Notes: generated from the sequence alone by a model not told the origin. A stretch of DNA of 64,000 nt from Paenisporosarcina sp. (GCA_041605715.1 JBFIXW010000002.1:5873-69872); one strand, 5' to 3'. Shown: positions 34,513 through 45,853, numbered from the stretch's first letter. A program made the numbers and translations.

Positions 34513-35226
34513 TTATTCTTTTGGCTTAAGGTCTGCTAACTCTTTTTCAGTTAATGGTCTATAATGACCCAGTTTCAATGTTGAATCTAATTCAAGTGAA
34601 CCCATCTTCAGGCGCTTCAAGTATGTCACTCGCTTTCCAACTGCTTCAAACATTCGTTTCACTTGATGAAATTTACCTTCCGTGATGATTAATTCTATCT
34701 CTGATGTTTCACCACTACGCAGAATAGTAAGATCACCAGGCTTGGTTAAATAACCATCTTCAAGTATGATTCCTTCCTTAAACTTCAAGATATCCTCTTC
34801 TGTCACCATTCCATCAATTTCAGCAAAGTATAATTTTGGCACATGTTTTTTGGGTGACAACAACTGATGAGTTAAGTGGCCATCATTTGTAATAAGAAGT
34901 AAGCCTTCTGTATCCTTGTCTAACCTTCCAACCGGAAAAGGTTGGAAGTGTTTATCGATAGGCTCTAGTAAATCAATTACCGTCTGATCCTTTTTATCTT
35001 CTGTAGCTGAAATGACACCAGGTGGTTTATTCATCATTAAATATATAAACTCTGTGTAAATTACCTTCTCTCCTGAAATGAGAATGTCATCCTTTTCACT
35101 GTCTACATGCATCGATACATCTTTTGCGACTTTCCCATTAACTTCTACTGCCTTAGATTTTACGATGATTTTTATTTCTTTTCTAGAGCCATATCCCATA
35201 TTGGATAAAAGTTTATCTAGCCGCAT
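34513..35226 (-). CDS. RsuA family pseudouridine synthase
   Basis: MRLDKLL S4 domain, GRLDKDTEGL, EGKFHQVKRM. Confidence 0.93.
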   Translation of the reverse strand: MRLDKLLSNMGYGSRKEIKIIVKSKAVEVNGKVAKDVSMHVDSEKDDILISGEKVIYTEFIYLMMNKPPGVISATEDKKDQTVIDLLEPIDKHFQPFPVGRLDKDTEGLLLITNDGHLTHQLLSPKKHVPKLYFAEIDGMVTEEDILKFKEGIILEDGYLTKPGDLTILRSGETSEIELIITEGKFHQVKRMFEAVGKRVTYLKRLKMGSLELDSTLKLGHYRPLTEKELADLKPKE

Positions 35227-35237
35227 AATGTCCCACC

Positions 35238-36836
35238 TTAAAAACCAAATTTCCTTGTATACTTCGTTAAGCGTTCACCAAATAATTTTTGTGCAATTCC
35301 AAGACGGATACTAATTGCACCATACACGAGACCGCCTACGACCCCTACGATCAATATGATAAGTAAAGCAGAAAGTTTTGAATCGGCCGGCATGAACTGG
35401 ATTAAAAACATTCTAGTTAGTGCTACTGAAATTAGCATTAATACATTGATAGCAGTAATTAGTATGATTCTTCTTACTAATAGTTTAGATCGATAGTTTT
35501 GAGTAGTAACAAGTACTGCAAAATTCATGAAAATAGCTACAGTATACCCAATAATGGTTGCGGCTATTGCCCCATTTGTTTCCCATAAATTAATCAATGG
35601 AATGTTTATTGCTAATTTAATTAATAAACCAACTAATAAATTTAAAATAATCCATTTTTGCTGATTAATTCCCTGAAGAATCGCCGCAGTGACTGGGAAT
35701 AAACTAAACAAGATGGCTACCGGTAAGTAATGTGCAAGAATATCTGACCCGATCTTGCTAGGTTCATAAAAGAAATGATACAACTCATTAGCGAGAACCG
35801 TCATTCCTACTACTGCCGGTAAAGTTAAGAAATATAATAATTGGAACGTCTTATCCAATGTTTGTGATAGCTGTTCGTGTTCATTCATCGTGAAATACTT
35901 TGTTACTAATGGAATAAGTGCCATAGAAAATCCAGTGGCAAGCATAACCGGAATCATAACTAACTTGTGAGCTGTTAGGTTTAAAACGCCTAAGTAATCA
36001 AAATCTAACGCGGAATCCATTGCACGATTAAACGTTAATAAATCCACAAATTGAAATAATGGATTAGCAACCCCCAAGAAAACAACCGGTACTGCATAAA
36101 CAAGAATTTCTTTATACATATCTTTTAAACTCACATCATGTGAAGTTGTTGAAGTTGTTAACAAGTGGTCGTATTCTGGTTTCTTACGTTTCCAATAATA
36201 ATAAAGGACAACTAACCCGCCGATTGCACCGACAAATGCGGATAATACAGCCACTTGAATAGCAAGCTTAGGTGATCCGTCCATTAAATTAATAACTACA
36301 AAGGCTCCACCTAGCAAGAAAATGATACGAACAATTTGTTCGATTAATTGTGATACGGCTGTGGGCATCATATAGCTATACCCTTGGAAGAATCCTCTTA
36401 ATAAGCTCATAAAAGGCACAACAATTAAAGCAAAACTAACCCATTGAATAGCTTCTTTAACATCAGTGACCGAGTAAATTTCTTCATCCTTATCAATGGA
36501 TAATGCAGCTAAAGGCTCTGCAAAAAAATATAAGAAAAGAAATGATAAAAAACCTGTGACCATCATGGTTAGCAATCCGGATCTTAATAAATTACGTCCG
36601 GTATGAAAGTCCCCAAGCGTATTATATTTAGATACAAATCTAGAGAAAGCTAATGGTGCTCCTGAAATAGCCACTGCCAGCATCAAATTATATGGAATAT
36701 AAGCATATTGATAGAGACCAATATTATCTTCTCCAACCATTGCGTAGAATGGAATGATGTAAATTACACCGAGTATTTTTGAGAGAAACAAACCAAGTGT
36801 TAAAATGGCTGTTCCTTTATATAAATTATTTGACAT
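35238..36836 (-). CDS. murJ: MOP-superfamily flippase, YtgP/MurJ-like
   Basis: Multi-TM protein, LSKILG, LLRGFFQG, SQLIEQIVR; synteny with ytgP. Confidence 0.8.
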   Translation of the reverse strand: MSNNLYKGTAILTLGLFLSKILGVIYIIPFYAMVGEDNIGLYQYAYIPYNLMLAVAISGAPLAFSRFVSKYNTLGDFHTGRNLLRSGLLTMMVTGFLSFLFLYFFAEPLAALSIDKDEEIYSVTDVKEAIQWVSFALIVVPFMSLLRGFFQGYSYMMPTAVSQLIEQIVRIIFLLGGAFVVINLMDGSPKLAIQVAVLSAFVGAIGGLVVLYYYWKRKKPEYDHLLTTSTTSHDVSLKDMYKEILVYAVPVVFLGVANPLFQFVDLLTFNRAMDSALDFDYLGVLNLTAHKLVMIPVMLATGFSMALIPLVTKYFTMNEHEQLSQTLDKTFQLLYFLTLPAVVGMTVLANELYHFFYEPSKIGSDILAHYLPVAILFSLFPVTAAILQGINQQKWIILNLLVGLLIKLAINIPLINLWETNGAIAATIIGYTVAIFMNFAVLVTTQNYRSKLLVRRIILITAINVLMLISVALTRMFLIQFMPADSKLSALLIILIVGVVGGLVYGAISIRLGIAQKLFGERLTKYTRKFGF

Positions 36837-36947
36837 GAGTTACTTCCTGACTTCTAAAATTTACAATCTACATGGTATTTTACTCCTCAGACATCAAAAC
36901 CACAAATGGTTTATAATAAAGAAAAAGAAAAGAAAGTGTGTGGACAT

Positions 36948-38234
36948 ATGTACGATGTAATTATTGTAGGAGGCGGACCCTCTGGATTGATGGCTGCAAT
37001 TGCTGCAGGTGAAATAGGTAAAAAAGTCTTATTACTCGAAAAAGGAACAAAACTTGGTAAAAAGCTTGCCATTTCAGGTGGCGGTCGCTGCAATGTAACA
37101 AATCGTTTATCTCAAGAAGAAATTGTAAAGCATATTCCTGGTAACGGTCGATTTTTATATAGCCCCTTCTCTGTTTTTAATAACGAAGACATTATTACGT
37201 TTTTTGAAGGCTTAGGTGTTGAATTAAAAGAGGAAGATCACGGACGTATGTTTCCCGTCTCGAACCGAGCACAGGATGTTGTTGATACCCTTATTCGTCA
37301 ATTAGATAAATTAAAGGTAGAGGTTTTATTCGAAAGAACTGTTGCGAAACTATTAATGGACGAAGAAAAGATAACGGGTGTTCGACTTAAAAGTGGCGAA
37401 GAAATTTCAAGTAGGGCCATAGTACTTGCTGTAGGCGGTAAAGCAGTTCCACAAACAGGTTCCACTGGGGACGGATATCCATGGGCTAAACAAGCTGGTC
37501 ATACAATAACGACTTTATATCCTACGGAAGTTCCCCTTCTCTCAGATGAGAAATTCATCCGTTCAAAAGAACTTCAAGGATTAGCTTTACGTGATGTGGC
37601 TGTATCCGTTTTAAATAAAAAAGGAAAAATCCTTGTGACACATCAAATGGACATGTTGTTCACACATTTTGGTTTAAGTGGACCGGCTATTCTTCGTTGT
37701 AGTCAATACGTTGTGAAAGAACGTATGAAAAATGGAGAAAAACCAGTACAAATGGTCATTGATTCATTACCTACTGAAAATAATGAATCGGCTTTTCAAA
37801 TGCTCGTTAAAATGATGAAGGACGAGCCAAAAAAAGCAATCAAAAACGTTTGGAAAGGCGTCGCGCCTGAACGTTGGTTATTATTCTTACTGCAACGTGC
37901 GGGCATTGACGGAAACGATATTGGAGCGACATTGCCAAATGAAAAAGTGCGTAATTTAGCTTCACTGCTTAATGCATTTACGATGGAAGTAAACGGTACA
38001 CAACCTATTGAAAAAGCTTTTGTGACCGGTGGTGGTGTTTCTGTAAAAGAAATCGAACCAAAGACGATGGCGTCAAAGAAAAAGAATGGTCTTTATTTCT
38101 GCGGAGAAATCTTAGACATTCATGGCTACACAGGAGGATACAATATAACTGCCGCCTTGGTAACAGGAAAAATTGCTGGCATGAGTGCAGCTCAACATGC
38201 TAAAACTTTCCCATATGTACCAGTAAATTATTAA
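36948..38234 (+). CDS. HI0933/BaiN family flavoprotein (YtfP-like)
   Basis: [42 protein letters not shown]. Confidence 0.93.
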   Translation: MYDVIIVGGGPSGLMAAIAAGEIGKKVLLLEKGTKLGKKLAISGGGRCNVTNRLSQEEIVKHIPGNGRFLYSPFSVFNNEDIITFFEGLGVELKEEDHGRMFPVSNRAQDVVDTLIRQLDKLKVEVLFERTVAKLLMDEEKITGVRLKSGEEISSRAIVLAVGGKAVPQTGSTGDGYPWAKQAGHTITTLYPTEVPLLSDEKFIRSKELQGLALRDVAVSVLNKKGKILVTHQMDMLFTHFGLSGPAILRCSQYVVKERMKNGEKPVQMVIDSLPTENNESAFQMLVKMMKDEPKKAIKNVWKGVAPERWLLFLLQRAGIDGNDIGATLPNEKVRNLASLLNAFTMEVNGTQPIEKAFVTGGGVSVKEIEPKTMASKKKNGLYFCGEILDIHGYTGGYNITAALVTGKIAGMSAAQHAKTFPYVPVNY

Positions 38235-38318
38235 GAAGATAATAGTTTAACCCGTTAAAGTTGCAACTACACTTTGACGGGTTTTTCGCTTTTTATAGTG
38301 ACTTCTCTTACGATTAAT

Positions 38319-38402
38319 GATCTTGCTCTTTCATACGATAATCTTTCTCTTTCAATCGTCGATCTTCCTCTTTCATACGCAGACCTTTCACTCAAATTCG
38401 AT
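38319..38402 (+). repeat. degenerate 21-bp tandem repeat (4 units)
   Basis: gatcttgctctttcatacgat / aatctttctctttcaatcgtc / gatcttcctctttcatacgca / gacctttcactcaaattcgat. Confidence 0.75.
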
Positions 38403-38451
38403 TTCTATGAGCGAAAGCCCAATTGTTTCCAGAAAAGAGGATTGAAGAACC

Positions 38452-39220
38452 ACAATTACAACTGAGATGGCGATATTTCTAACCAAGAATGCTATTTTTC
38501 GAACTGAGAACGCTAAAATTCTAACCAAGACTGCTAAATCTTTAACTGAGCGATCATTCACCAACAGAAACACCTGCCAAGCGGAGCGGGCAGGGCTAAT
38601 TGGGGCTGCGCGCTTCACTTTCGCAGCCATTTCTGTTGGGTTACCTTCGTCTGAGATTGGGATTCTATGACAATTACAACTGAGATGGCGATCATTCTAA
38701 CCAAGAATGGATTTTTTCTAACTGAGAACATCATAATTCTAACTGAGATTGCCAAATTTCTAACTGAGCGATCATTCACCAACTGAAACACCTGCCAAGC
38801 GTAGCGGGCAGGGCTAATTGGGACTGCACGCTCCGCTTTTGCAGCCTTTTCTGTTGGGTTACCTTCGTCTGAGATTGGGATTATATGACAATTACAACTG
38901 AGATGGCGATCATTCTAACCAAGAATGGATTTTTTCTAACTGAGAACATCATAATTCTAACTGGGATTGCCAATCTTCTAACTGAGCAACTATTCACTCA
39001 CTGAAACACCTGCCAAGCGGAGCGGGCAGGGCTAAACTTGGGCTGCGCGCTTCACTTTCGCAGCCTTTCCTGTTGGGTTGCCTTCTTCAGCGATCGGGCT
39101 TAGATAACAATTACAACTGAGATGGCGATATTTCTAACCAAGAATGCTATTTTTCGAACTGAGAACGCTAAAATTCTAACCAAGTTGGCTTAATTTTTAA
39201 CTAATCGATCATTCACTAAA
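38452..39220 (+). repeat. tandem array of ~218-bp units (3 full plus 1 partial)
   Basis: ACAATTACAACTGAGATGGCGAT starts at 38452, 38670, 38888, 39107; each unit has ~5 x 21-bp subrepeats plus a GC-rich two-hairpin module. Confidence 0.95.
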
Positions 39221-39228
39221 TCAAAACA

Positions 39229-39270
39229 GAAAAAAATCCTCTTATCCCAATTTCATGAGACAAGAGGATT
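39229..39270 (-). terminator. terminator of leuS operon
   Basis: aaaaaaa-tcctctt...aagaggatt. Confidence 0.75.
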
Positions 39271-39279
39271 CTTAAATAG

Positions 39280-39444
39280 TTAACCGAAATATAGCGCAAC
39301 TGCTAATGAAATCAGAGTAAAGACATATAAACTAATAGCCATTCTTTTACCGCCTTTAGATATTTCCTTTTGACGCAGAATACTAAAGAGCTTCCATGAA
39401 AATGCTGCTATTACAATGATGACAACGACATGAATTGCTTCCAT
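39280..39444 (-). CDS. 54-aa small two-TM membrane protein (not in ORF track)
   Basis: [54 protein letters not shown]; ATG overlaps leuS stop (TAATG); lies before the terminator. Confidence 0.7.
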   Translation of the reverse strand: MEAIHVVVIIVIAAFSWKLFSILRQKEISKGGKRMAISLYVFTLISLAVALYFG

Positions 39445-41858
39445 TACACAATGACCATGTTAACTAATTTGCCTGGAATGGCGATTAATTTTTTCATTTC
39501 TTTGCCTTCAAGAATTTCTTTTACTTTTTCATCAGCCAAAACAGCTTTTTCAAGTTCGTCTTTTGAAAGATCTTTGCTAACGACAATCTTCGTTCGAACT
39601 TTCCCGTTAACTTGAATCACCATTTCGATTTCATTTTCAACTAATTTGGACTCATCATATATCGGCCATTGCACATATGAAATTGTTTCATTCGCGCCAA
39701 ATTTTTCCCACAATTCTTCAGATAAATGAGGGGCTACTGGAGCTAGTATTTGGACAAAACCTTTTGCATATTCCATTGGCACTGATTTCGCTTTATAGGC
39801 TTCATTTATGAATACCATCATTTGAGAAATAGCTGTGTTAAAGCGAATCCCTTCATAGTCCTCTGTCACTTTTTTAACAGTTTGATGATAGACTTTTTCT
39901 AGCGTTCCGTCATTAGAATCAACGATTTTATTGCTTACAGTACCGTCTTCATTCATAAACAAGCGCCAAATGCGATCTAAGAAGCGACGAGCGCCATCTA
40001 ATCCATTTTCAGACCATGCGATCGATGCATCTAGTGGTCCCATAAACATCTCGTATAGACGTAATGTATCGGCACCATGACTTGCTACGATATCATCTGG
40101 GTTCACGACATTCCCTTTTGATTTAGACATTTTTTCGTTATTTTCACCTAAAATCATACCTTGATTAAATAGCTTTTGGAAAGGTTCTTTTGTATGCACG
40201 ACACCGATATCGTACAATACTTTGTGCCAGAAACGAGCATATAACAAGTGAAGCACAGCATGCTCTGCTCCTCCGATATAGATGTCTACAGGTAACCATT
40301 GTTTAATCAATTCTGGATCTGCAATTGCTTGATCATTCTTAGGATCGATATAACGCAAGTAATACCAGCAGCTTCCTGCCCAGTTTGGCATTGTATTCGT
40401 TTCACGACGACCTTTCATACCTGTCTTCGGATCGACAACATTAACCCATTCATCAATTTTAGCAAGTGGTGATTCACCAGTTCCACTCGGTTTGATATCT
40501 GTTGCTTTCGGTAAAATTAAAGGAAGTTCAGATTCTTCAACAGCAGTAATCGAGCCATCTTCCCAGTGAATTACTGGAATCGGTTCACCCCAATAACGTT
40601 GACGACTAAATAACCAGTCACGCAAACGATAAGTTACTTTCTTTTCTCCTGTACCGTTTTCTTCAAACCAAGCAATTGCTTTTTCAATCGCTTCTGTTTT
40701 TTCTAAGCCGTTTAAGAAGTCCGAATTGATGTGTGCACCTTCACCAGCGTAAGCTTCTTTTTGAATATCGCCACCTTCGACAACTTCAACAATTGGCAAA
40801 TTAAATTGCGTAGCAAATTCATAATCACGCTCATCATGTGCTGGTACCGCCATGATTGCTCCCGTACCATACGTTGCAAGTACATAATCAGCAATCCATA
40901 TTGGCATCTTTTCACCATTCACTGGATTTATTGCGTATGCACCAGTGAATTCACCAGTTTTGTGTTTTGCAAGATCCGTTCTCTCTAAATCACTTTTCAA
41001 TTTAACTGAATCGATATATTTAGTAACTGCTTCTTTATTCTCAGAAGTTGTAATCTCTTTTACTAATGCATGCTCTGGCGCTAAAACAGCATAAGTAGCG
41101 CCAAAAATTGTATCAGGACGCGTTGTAAAGACTTTGAATGTATAATCTGTATCGGCAATTTTAAATGTTAATTCTGCACCTTCAGAACGTCCAACCCAGT
41201 TTCTTTGCATATCTTTAATGCTATCCGGCCAATCCAAGTCATCCAAATCTTCAATTAAACGATCCGCATAAGCTGTGATTTTCAACATCCACTGCTTCAT
41301 TGGGCGTCTTTCTACTGGATGTCCTCCACGCTCAGATTTTCCGTCAATTACTTCTTCATTCGCCAAAACAGTCCCTAAAGCCGGGCACCAGTTTACAGCT
41401 ACTTCGTCAACGTAAGCTAATCCCTTTTTATGAAGCTGAAGGAAAATCCATTGCGTCCATTTGTAATAAGAAGGATCAGTTGTATTGATTTCACGGTCCC
41501 AGTCATACGAAAATCCAAGTTCTTGTATTTGACGTTTAAATGTTGCAATGTTTTTCGCTGTAAATTCTGCAGGATCATTTCCTGTATCTAAAGCATATTG
41601 CTCTGCAGGTAATCCGAATGCATCCCAACCCATCGGATGTAATACATTGTATCCTTGCATGCGTTTAAATCGGCTTAAAATATCAGTTGCGGTATATCCT
41701 TCTGGATGACCTACATGTAAACCTGCACCTGAAGGAAATGGGAACATATCTAATGCGTAAAACTTCGGTTTAGATGCGTCTTCCCCTGTCTTAAACGTAT
41801 GATTTTGCTCCCAATAAGCTTGCCATTTTTGTTCGATCTGTTGATGATTAAAGTTCAT
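39444..41858 (-). CDS. leuS: leucine--tRNA ligase
   Basis: HVGH, KMSKS, editing domain FTTRPDT; start refined to ATG 41858 after AAGGAGG (ORF-track extension runs through the T-box terminator). Confidence 0.99.
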   Translation of the reverse strand: MNFNHQQIEQKWQAYWEQNHTFKTGEDASKPKFYALDMFPFPSGAGLHVGHPEGYTATDILSRFKRMQGYNVLHPMGWDAFGLPAEQYALDTGNDPAEFTAKNIATFKRQIQELGFSYDWDREINTTDPSYYKWTQWIFLQLHKKGLAYVDEVAVNWCPALGTVLANEEVIDGKSERGGHPVERRPMKQWMLKITAYADRLIEDLDDLDWPDSIKDMQRNWVGRSEGAELTFKIADTDYTFKVFTTRPDTIFGATYAVLAPEHALVKEITTSENKEAVTKYIDSVKLKSDLERTDLAKHKTGEFTGAYAINPVNGEKMPIWIADYVLATYGTGAIMAVPAHDERDYEFATQFNLPIVEVVEGGDIQKEAYAGEGAHINSDFLNGLEKTEAIEKAIAWFEENGTGEKKVTYRLRDWLFSRQRYWGEPIPVIHWEDGSITAVEESELPLILPKATDIKPSGTGESPLAKIDEWVNVVDPKTGMKGRRETNTMPNWAGSCWYYLRYIDPKNDQAIADPELIKQWLPVDIYIGGAEHAVLHLLYARFWHKVLYDIGVVHTKEPFQKLFNQGMILGENNEKMSKSKGNVVNPDDIVASHGADTLRLYEMFMGPLDASIAWSENGLDGARRFLDRIWRLFMNEDGTVSNKIVDSNDGTLEKVYHQTVKKVTEDYEGIRFNTAISQMMVFINEAYKAKSVPMEYAKGFVQILAPVAPHLSEELWEKFGANETISYVQWPIYDESKLVENEIEMVIQVNGKVRTKIVVSKDLSKDELEKAVLADEKVKEILEGKEMKKLIAIPGKLVNMVIV

Positions 41859-41878
41859 GTGTTTTCCTCCTTTTGAAA

Positions 41879-42130
41879 ATAAAAAAACTCTCGTCCCAAT
41901 AGTCAAAAAAGACTAAGGGACGAGAGTTATACGCATACTCCCGCGGTACCACCCAAATTAGCAATCATACAATTGCTCAACTTGTTTCCTTAACGCGGAA
42001 AACGGCACCGGTTACTATTCCTTCACCAATGCTGACTCCAAGGCGAGTTCGATAAATTGTGATACTGACTTTCACCAACCGTCAGCTCTCTACAAACACA
42101 AAATTATTTACTATTCCTCTTCACGGTCAA
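41879..42130 (-). promoter_or_regulatory. T-box riboswitch (Leu specifier CUC)
   Basis: AATTTGGGTGGTACCGCGG at 41959-41941, GAACTCG with CUC at 42047-42045, terminator CTCTCGTCCC...GGGACGAGAG plus T-run. Confidence 0.95.
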
Positions 42131-42178
42131 ACACTATTGTTTTTCATTGTAATCGAAGTATGGAAAAAGTACAAGAAT

Positions 42179-42976
42179 TTATTGAACAGTATATCCACCA
42201 TCTAAGACGACAGCTTGCCCAGTCATTCCTTTTGCCTGTTCACTCGATAAGAATAGAGTCAAGTCAGCAATTTCTTTCACATCTAATAATCGTTTTTGAG
42301 GAACTAACGGATAGATAACTTCCTCTAAAACAGACTCAAGTGGAACTTTTCGCGTAGTCGCTAAATCTTGAAGCTGATTACGAACAAGTGGCGTATCTAC
42401 GTAACCCGGACAAACGGCATTGACCGTAATTCCATCCGCTGCAGTTTCTAACGCAGCTACTTTTGTTAGGCCAATAACACCATGTTTAGCAGAATTATAA
42501 GCTGCTTTACCTGCAAATCCAACTAATCCATTAATTGAAGCCATATTTATTATTCGTCCAAAACCTTGTTTTCGCATATGTGGAAGAACATTTTTCGTGG
42601 CAATAAATGGAGCTGTTAGCATGATCTTTATGAGTAATTCAAAACGTTCAGTCGGGAAATCCTCAAGCATGGCTACATGTTGCATCCCAGCATTGTTGAT
42701 TAAAATATCCAATCTACCAAAATGAGCAATTGTTGCATCAATAGATTGAATAATATCTTCTTCTATTGTAACATCGCACTTTAAACCAATCGCATCCGAA
42801 CCTAGAGATGCAGCTGCTGCTTTCACTTTTTCCTCATTCAAATCAGTTAAGACAACCTTTGCACCCGCTTTAGAAAATTCACGTGCAATTTCAAACCCAA
42901 TTCCTTGTGCAGCACCTGTTATAAATAAAACTTTGTCGTTTACCATTATATGTCCCTCCAAAAAAATCAGCCGCAC
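42179..42976 (-). CDS. 3-hydroxybutyrate dehydrogenase (SDR); start probably ATG 42946
   Basis: TGAAQGIG, NNAGMQH, YNSAKHG, CPGYVDTPLVRNQ; clustered with CoA transferase. Confidence 0.92.
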   Translation of the reverse strand: MRLIFLEGHIMVNDKVLFITGAAQGIGFEIAREFSKAGAKVVLTDLNEEKVKAAAASLGSDAIGLKCDVTIEEDIIQSIDATIAHFGRLDILINNAGMQHVAMLEDFPTERFELLIKIMLTAPFIATKNVLPHMRKQGFGRIINMASINGLVGFAGKAAYNSAKHGVIGLTKVAALETAADGITVNAVCPGYVDTPLVRNQLQDLATTRKVPLESVLEEVIYPLVPQKRLLDVKEIADLTLFLSSEQAKGMTGQAVVLDGGYTVQ

Positions 42977-42997
42977 GAGGCGGCTGAATTTGATTAA

Positions 42998-44335
42998 TTA
43001 AAGTCCAAAGCCGAATGAGAATAATACGATGGCAATAATCACACCGATTACTGGTGTTATAACTGTTGTTGCTGCTACAGCCCAGTAAGCTGCACTATAT
43101 TTCTCACCACAGATAGAGTGAATTGTCGTTACAACATATCCATTATGTGGAAGTGAATCAAGGGCACCAGATGAAATCGCTACAACACGGTGTAACGCTT
43201 CAGGGTTAACACCTGCATCCATATATCCAGGAGCCAATAATGGTAACGCAATTGCTTGACCACCAGAAGCTGAACCGGTCATACCTGCAATAACGGATAC
43301 TGCTACTGCTGCTCCAATTAAAGGAGAACCAGGAATGTTTGTCATTGCATCAACCGCTACTTGGAATGCTGGCACCGATTTAGCAACGCCACCGAAACCA
43401 ACAACTGCGGCTGTATTACCGATTGCGATAATCGCACCGATTGTTCCCGCTGATACTGCTTCCCAAGGAGCTTTAAAGTATTTCCAACTAACGATAAATG
43501 TGGCAATAATACCGCCTAGTAAAGCAACAATTAAAGCGGATTGCTTTAATGAATCATGGAAAATGAATGAAATAATAAGTACGACTAATAATGGAATCAT
43601 TGCTAAGAAAGGATTTGGTAATGGTCTTGTAACGTCAAATGTTGGATCCGTATCACGATCGATAAAGCGCTCGCCCTTATTAACAGCTTTGTTGATAAGT
43701 TTCTTCAACCACCAGTAACCAAACACGGCCATGAATGCAGCAACGATTATACTAACTTCCCAACCAGCCGTATGTGTTGTGCCTAAGAATTGGATTGGAA
43801 TCCAGTTTTGAATTTCTGGAGAACCTGCTGATGTCATAGTGAAAGTTACAGAACCTAAAGCTAATGTAGCTGGAATAAAACGTCGTGGTAAATCAGCTTG
43901 TTTAAATAATGAAATAGCCATCGGATAAACCGAGAATGCTACAACGAACAAACTAACTCCACCGTAAGTTAAAACAGCACAAGCTAATACAAGTGCAAGG
44001 ACTGTGTACTTCATACCTAATTTGCCAACAAACCATTTAGCTACTGAATCGGCAGCTCCACTGTCTTCCATTACTTTACCGAAAACAGCTCCAAGTAAGA
44101 ACATTAAGTACCAAGCTAAAATGAATGATGTAAAACCAGTCATATAACTAGTAACAAAGTTTGCCGCACCCTCTTCAACTAACTGAGGGAATAAAGGCAA
44201 CCCACTCATTACAGCAACAAATAAAGCAGAGATAGGTCCGCCAATAAGAATGTTAACACCTTTAAGTGTTAAAAAGATTAGTAAAGCAAGTCCACCAATA
44301 AGTCCGATCATGCTCAATACAACACTAGTATCCAT
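42998..44335 (-). CDS. GntP-family permease, probable 3-hydroxybutyrate/acetoacetate uptake
   Basis: Multi-TM, GAVFGKVMEDSGAA, LTYGGVSLFVV, TGSASGG, DSLPHNG; context. Confidence 0.85.
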   Translation of the reverse strand: MDTSVVLSMIGLIGGLALLIFLTLKGVNILIGGPISALFVAVMSGLPLFPQLVEEGAANFVTSYMTGFTSFILAWYLMFLLGAVFGKVMEDSGAADSVAKWFVGKLGMKYTVLALVLACAVLTYGGVSLFVVAFSVYPMAISLFKQADLPRRFIPATLALGSVTFTMTSAGSPEIQNWIPIQFLGTTHTAGWEVSIIVAAFMAVFGYWWLKKLINKAVNKGERFIDRDTDPTFDVTRPLPNPFLAMIPLLVVLIISFIFHDSLKQSALIVALLGGIIATFIVSWKYFKAPWEAVSAGTIGAIIAIGNTAAVVGFGGVAKSVPAFQVAVDAMTNIPGSPLIGAAVAVSVIAGMTGSASGGQAIALPLLAPGYMDAGVNPEALHRVVAISSGALDSLPHNGYVVTTIHSICGEKYSAAYWAVAATTVITPVIGVIIAIVLFSFGFGL

Positions 44336-44359
44336 GAATAAATTTCCCCCGAAATTTTA

Positions 44360-45016
44360 TTAGACGTTTTCTTTTACATCATCAATATTTAAAGAAGCAT
44401 CTGTAGAATCAATGACGTCTTGAACAGTGAATCCCTCAAAAACTTCCTTCAAAACTAAACCATTAGGTGTTACTTCAATTAGTGCACGTTCCGTAATAAT
44501 TTTGTTAACCACACCCTTACCTGTTAACGGTAAATCACATTGCTTTTTAATTTTTGCTGAACCGTCTTTTGCAACATGATCCATGATCACAATGATTTTT
44601 TTGGCACCGTGAACTAAATCCATAGCTCCACCCATACCTTTAATCATTTTCCCTGGGATCATCCAGTTAGCAAGGTCACCCTTTTCAGATACTTCCATTC
44701 CACCTAGAATTGCAACATCCACATGCCCACCACGAATCATGGCAAAAGATTCTGCACTTGTGAAAAAGGCTGATCCTGGAATTGTTGTAACTGTTTCTTT
44801 TCCTGCGTTAATCAAATCTGGATCCACTTCATCTTCAGTAGGATATGGTCCAATACCTAATAGACCATTTTCTGATTGAAGAACCACAGTCTTATTAGGT
44901 GATATGTAATTCGCAACCAATGTTGGCATTCCGATACCTAAGTTGACATAGTTTCCATCTTCGATCTCTTGTTCTGCTCGAATTGCTATACGCTCTCTGA
45001 CATTTACTGTTCCCAT
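44360..45016 (-). CDS. scoB: 3-oxoacid CoA-transferase subunit B
   Basis: [14 protein letters not shown] catalytic Glu, [10 protein letters not shown]. Confidence 0.93.
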   Translation of the reverse strand: MGTVNVRERIAIRAEQEIEDGNYVNLGIGMPTLVANYISPNKTVVLQSENGLLGIGPYPTEDEVDPDLINAGKETVTTIPGSAFFTSAESFAMIRGGHVDVAILGGMEVSEKGDLANWMIPGKMIKGMGGAMDLVHGAKKIIVIMDHVAKDGSAKIKKQCDLPLTGKGVVNKIITERALIEVTPNGLVLKEVFEGFTVQDVIDSTDASLNIDDVKENV

Positions 45017-45034
45017 AGCTTGTCTCCTCCAATT

Positions 45035-45724
45035 CTATGAACGCGTCGTTAGTCGCTCTATCCGTTTTTCTTGTCTCGCTTGTAGAATACCCTGCACATA
45101 GATGCTAGGTGTTTGTACGGTATTAGGATCAATATCTCCCGTTTCAACAATTTCTTCTACTTCTGCAATCGTAAATTTACCTGCAGCAGCCATCATCGGA
45201 TTAAAGTTTTGCGCCGTTTTGTTATAGACTAAGTTTCCAAACTTATCAGCTTTCGCTGCACGAACAAGTGCAAAATCAGCTCGTAAAGCTTCTTCAAGAA
45301 CGTACTCTTTTCCATCATACACACGAATTTCTTTGCCTTCAGCAACGGTTGTCCCAACCCCTGCAGGTGTAAAGAATGCTGGAATCCCAGCTCCGCCAGC
45401 GCGGATTTTTTCTGCTAAAGTTCCTTGAGGTGTCAATTCAACTTCGATTTCGCCAGATAAAACTTGGCGCTCGAATTCTTTGTTTTCACCAACATATGAA
45501 CCAATCATCTTTTTTATTTGTTTATTTTTTAATAAAAGTCCAAGACCCCATTCGTCAACGCCACAATTATTTGAGATAACCGTTAAATCTTTAACTCCTT
45601 TTTCAACTAAAGCTAAAATTAACGTCTCTGGTATTCCTACAAGTCCGAAACCTCCGACCATTAATGTGGCTCCATCTTGAATATGTTGTACAGCCTCTTC
45701 TGCAGAAGAATAGATTGGCTTCAT
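45035..45724 (-). CDS. scoA: 3-oxoacid CoA-transferase subunit A
   Basis: [35 protein letters not shown]. Confidence 0.93.
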   Translation of the reverse strand: MKPIYSSAEEAVQHIQDGATLMVGGFGLVGIPETLILALVEKGVKDLTVISNNCGVDEWGLGLLLKNKQIKKMIGSYVGENKEFERQVLSGEIEVELTPQGTLAEKIRAGGAGIPAFFTPAGVGTTVAEGKEIRVYDGKEYVLEEALRADFALVRAAKADKFGNLVYNKTAQNFNPMMAAAGKFTIAEVEEIVETGDIDPNTVQTPSIYVQGILQARQEKRIERLTTRS

Positions 45725-45763
45725 GGGTTTTCCTCCTTACAAGAAATCGTTTAAATTTTTGTA

Positions 45764-45777
45764 TAAAAGCGCTTTCA
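45764..45777 (-). promoter_or_regulatory. CcpA cre site upstream of scoA
   Basis: TGAAAGCGCTTTTA on minus strand, 40 bp before start codon. Confidence 0.7.
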
Positions 45778-45797
45778 ATAGTTATTAAAACAGAACA

Positions 45798-45827
45798 ATA
45801 ATATTCACGCAATAGTAGTTGTGACAA
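45798..45827 (-). promoter_or_regulatory. candidate sigma-A promoter of sco operon
   Basis: TTGTCA-18 bp-TATTAT. Confidence 0.5.
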
Positions 45828-45853
45828 CATTTTGTCTGGTTTTATCTCATATC

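Noticed and set aside
38452-39220. CRISPR array
   Set aside because: Whole 218-bp units repeat; there are no unique spacers and no cas genes in the window
41859-41906. N-terminal extension of LeuS in the ORF track
   Set aside because: Runs through the T-box terminator; the RBS points to ATG 41858
45809-45826. sigma-54 -24/-12 promoter for scoA (TGTCAC-N8-TTGC)
   Set aside because: Lacks GG and the spacing is 3 bp too long
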